Shown here one piece after another: positions 62,646 to 64,000 of a DNA stretch of 64,000 nucleotides. A program made the position numbers and the translations under genes. Each line of letters opens with the position of its first letter. Within the stretch, counting starts at the first letter, position 1. The stretch covers positions 6,696,001-6,760,000 of the forward strand of contig OZ249451.1 of the NCBI GenBank assembly GCA_965235115.1, given 5' to 3'. The notes beneath the pieces were generated by a model that did no database searches, was not told the DNA's origin, and was given only the letters and a program-made list of their open reading frames with translations. Origin of the DNA: Laetmonice hystrix. Taxonomy: Eukaryota.

Positions 62646-64000
62646 TTAGATTAGCGAATTATGCCACGCCATATATCCTACTTAGGCAACTTCTCCACAC
62701 TCGGTAATCCATTTTCCTTGTACACAGACGAAGACAGACCAGCATCTACTCAATATGCAAAGTCGTTGTCTATCACTCCTGCCCAAACCCATCGCCTACC
62801 AAATTTAAGCTCACGTCTCCGAACTGCCTATAATCACAGGTATTATGCATCATGACTCTACGTGACCTTTATACTGATCGAAATGGCATTTTCATATATT
62901 TAAAAAGAAATCCCCCCCCCCAAAAAAAAAAAAATCCGTGAAGTGACCAAAATAAATGACAACATCACTTAAATGCCTGGCGGGGGCGGGTAGGACTAGA
63001 ATGTACCTCCACAGCGGCCATCCTCCATATTGATGCTGCCTAATCAAAGCGCCCAAACCTTGTTGACGGTAAGGCCTTTAATTCGCTTTGATGTACCGAG
63101 CATAAAATAAACGAGAGGTATTCTTGTATTAATCCAGCATCTACAACATACACAAGACGTGTTGTCCCTCCGTGATCATAGAACGACCAATTACAATCGG
63201 CCGCTATAACAAAGAAATTCCGACTGTCTTCACGCCCGCATTTTTACTGACGGTATAAAATATCCCGCAAATTGAATCACGCTAAGTTTGCCGGTGCTTG
63301 CCCAAATCATCGACAGCCTCTGGTGGACGGCCAAGTAATGGGATACGTGGCTTTCGTGTCACCCGAAGCTGAAGGCCCGGACAACTTGTTCCGATGGTCT
63401 GGGATAGACAAACAATTATAACCAGGTTAGCCGCCGTCCTACAGACTCCCACCTTACAATGAGCCATTCATTATTACCACCACTTGACCCCGGGAGGATC
63501 CTCATACCGTACTGATTGACCAAAAGGTCATGGCCTGGCTGATTTAGGAAATATGAGAACAGAGTGGAAGGAGTGGAGCTGTTGTTGGGACATCAGGACT
63601 GTCTGAACCATTCCAAACCAGGCCCGACTTGTTGATTCACCAAACAACCCGGTATTTAATTAACCATCAATATTAAATATTTCGACTTTCAAAGTCAAAT
63701 AGATTTGCAGGCAAGTAAATTTAAAGGAAGACAGTCTGTTGGGTCTAAAAGCCAATTGCTTTCTTGATAACAAATTCTGCACGTTTTGGAATGGTTTGTC
63801 GACTTTCCTGCAAACAAAGAATCACCGCTCTCCAACCAAGACAGCTCAAATAGATCTTGGAAGGTCTCAAATAATTCAAGCCATCCGAAAGTTATATCAG
63901 TGTCTCCAATTGCTCTATCCCTATCGTTTGCTGCAACGATACACCAGCAACCACCCACTGGTAATTTTGACACCTCTCCTGATATTTATCGGCAGTCACC

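Overview
This is eukaryotic DNA, most likely from an invertebrate bilaterian. That call is inferred from CTCF-like motifs, GT-AG introns, and recurrent TACATGTA/TAGGCCTA words. There are no prokaryotic operons, CRISPR arrays, rRNA genes or intact tRNA genes. Almost all entries in the ORF track are chance ORFs or translations of tandem repeats. The first ~35 kb is repeat-rich. It holds long-period minisatellites (~39, 39, 84, 81 and 13 bp units), microsatellites, MITEs of several superfamilies, and heavily decayed retroelement remnants (L1-, L2/CR1-, BEL- and Gypsy-like). One MITE sits cleanly inside the 84-bp array. From ~38.7 to 60 kb there are small, well-formed minus-strand coding exons from one or two spliced genes whose products I cannot name. 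That half also has a tRNA-derived SINE and a motif-dense promoter-like region at ~58.6-58.9 kb. I found no clearly novel intact system. The best leads are the two long-unit arrays flanking a promoter-like site, the MITE-interrupted array, the unidentified genes, and a decayed coding-like segment at ~4.9-5.75 kb.
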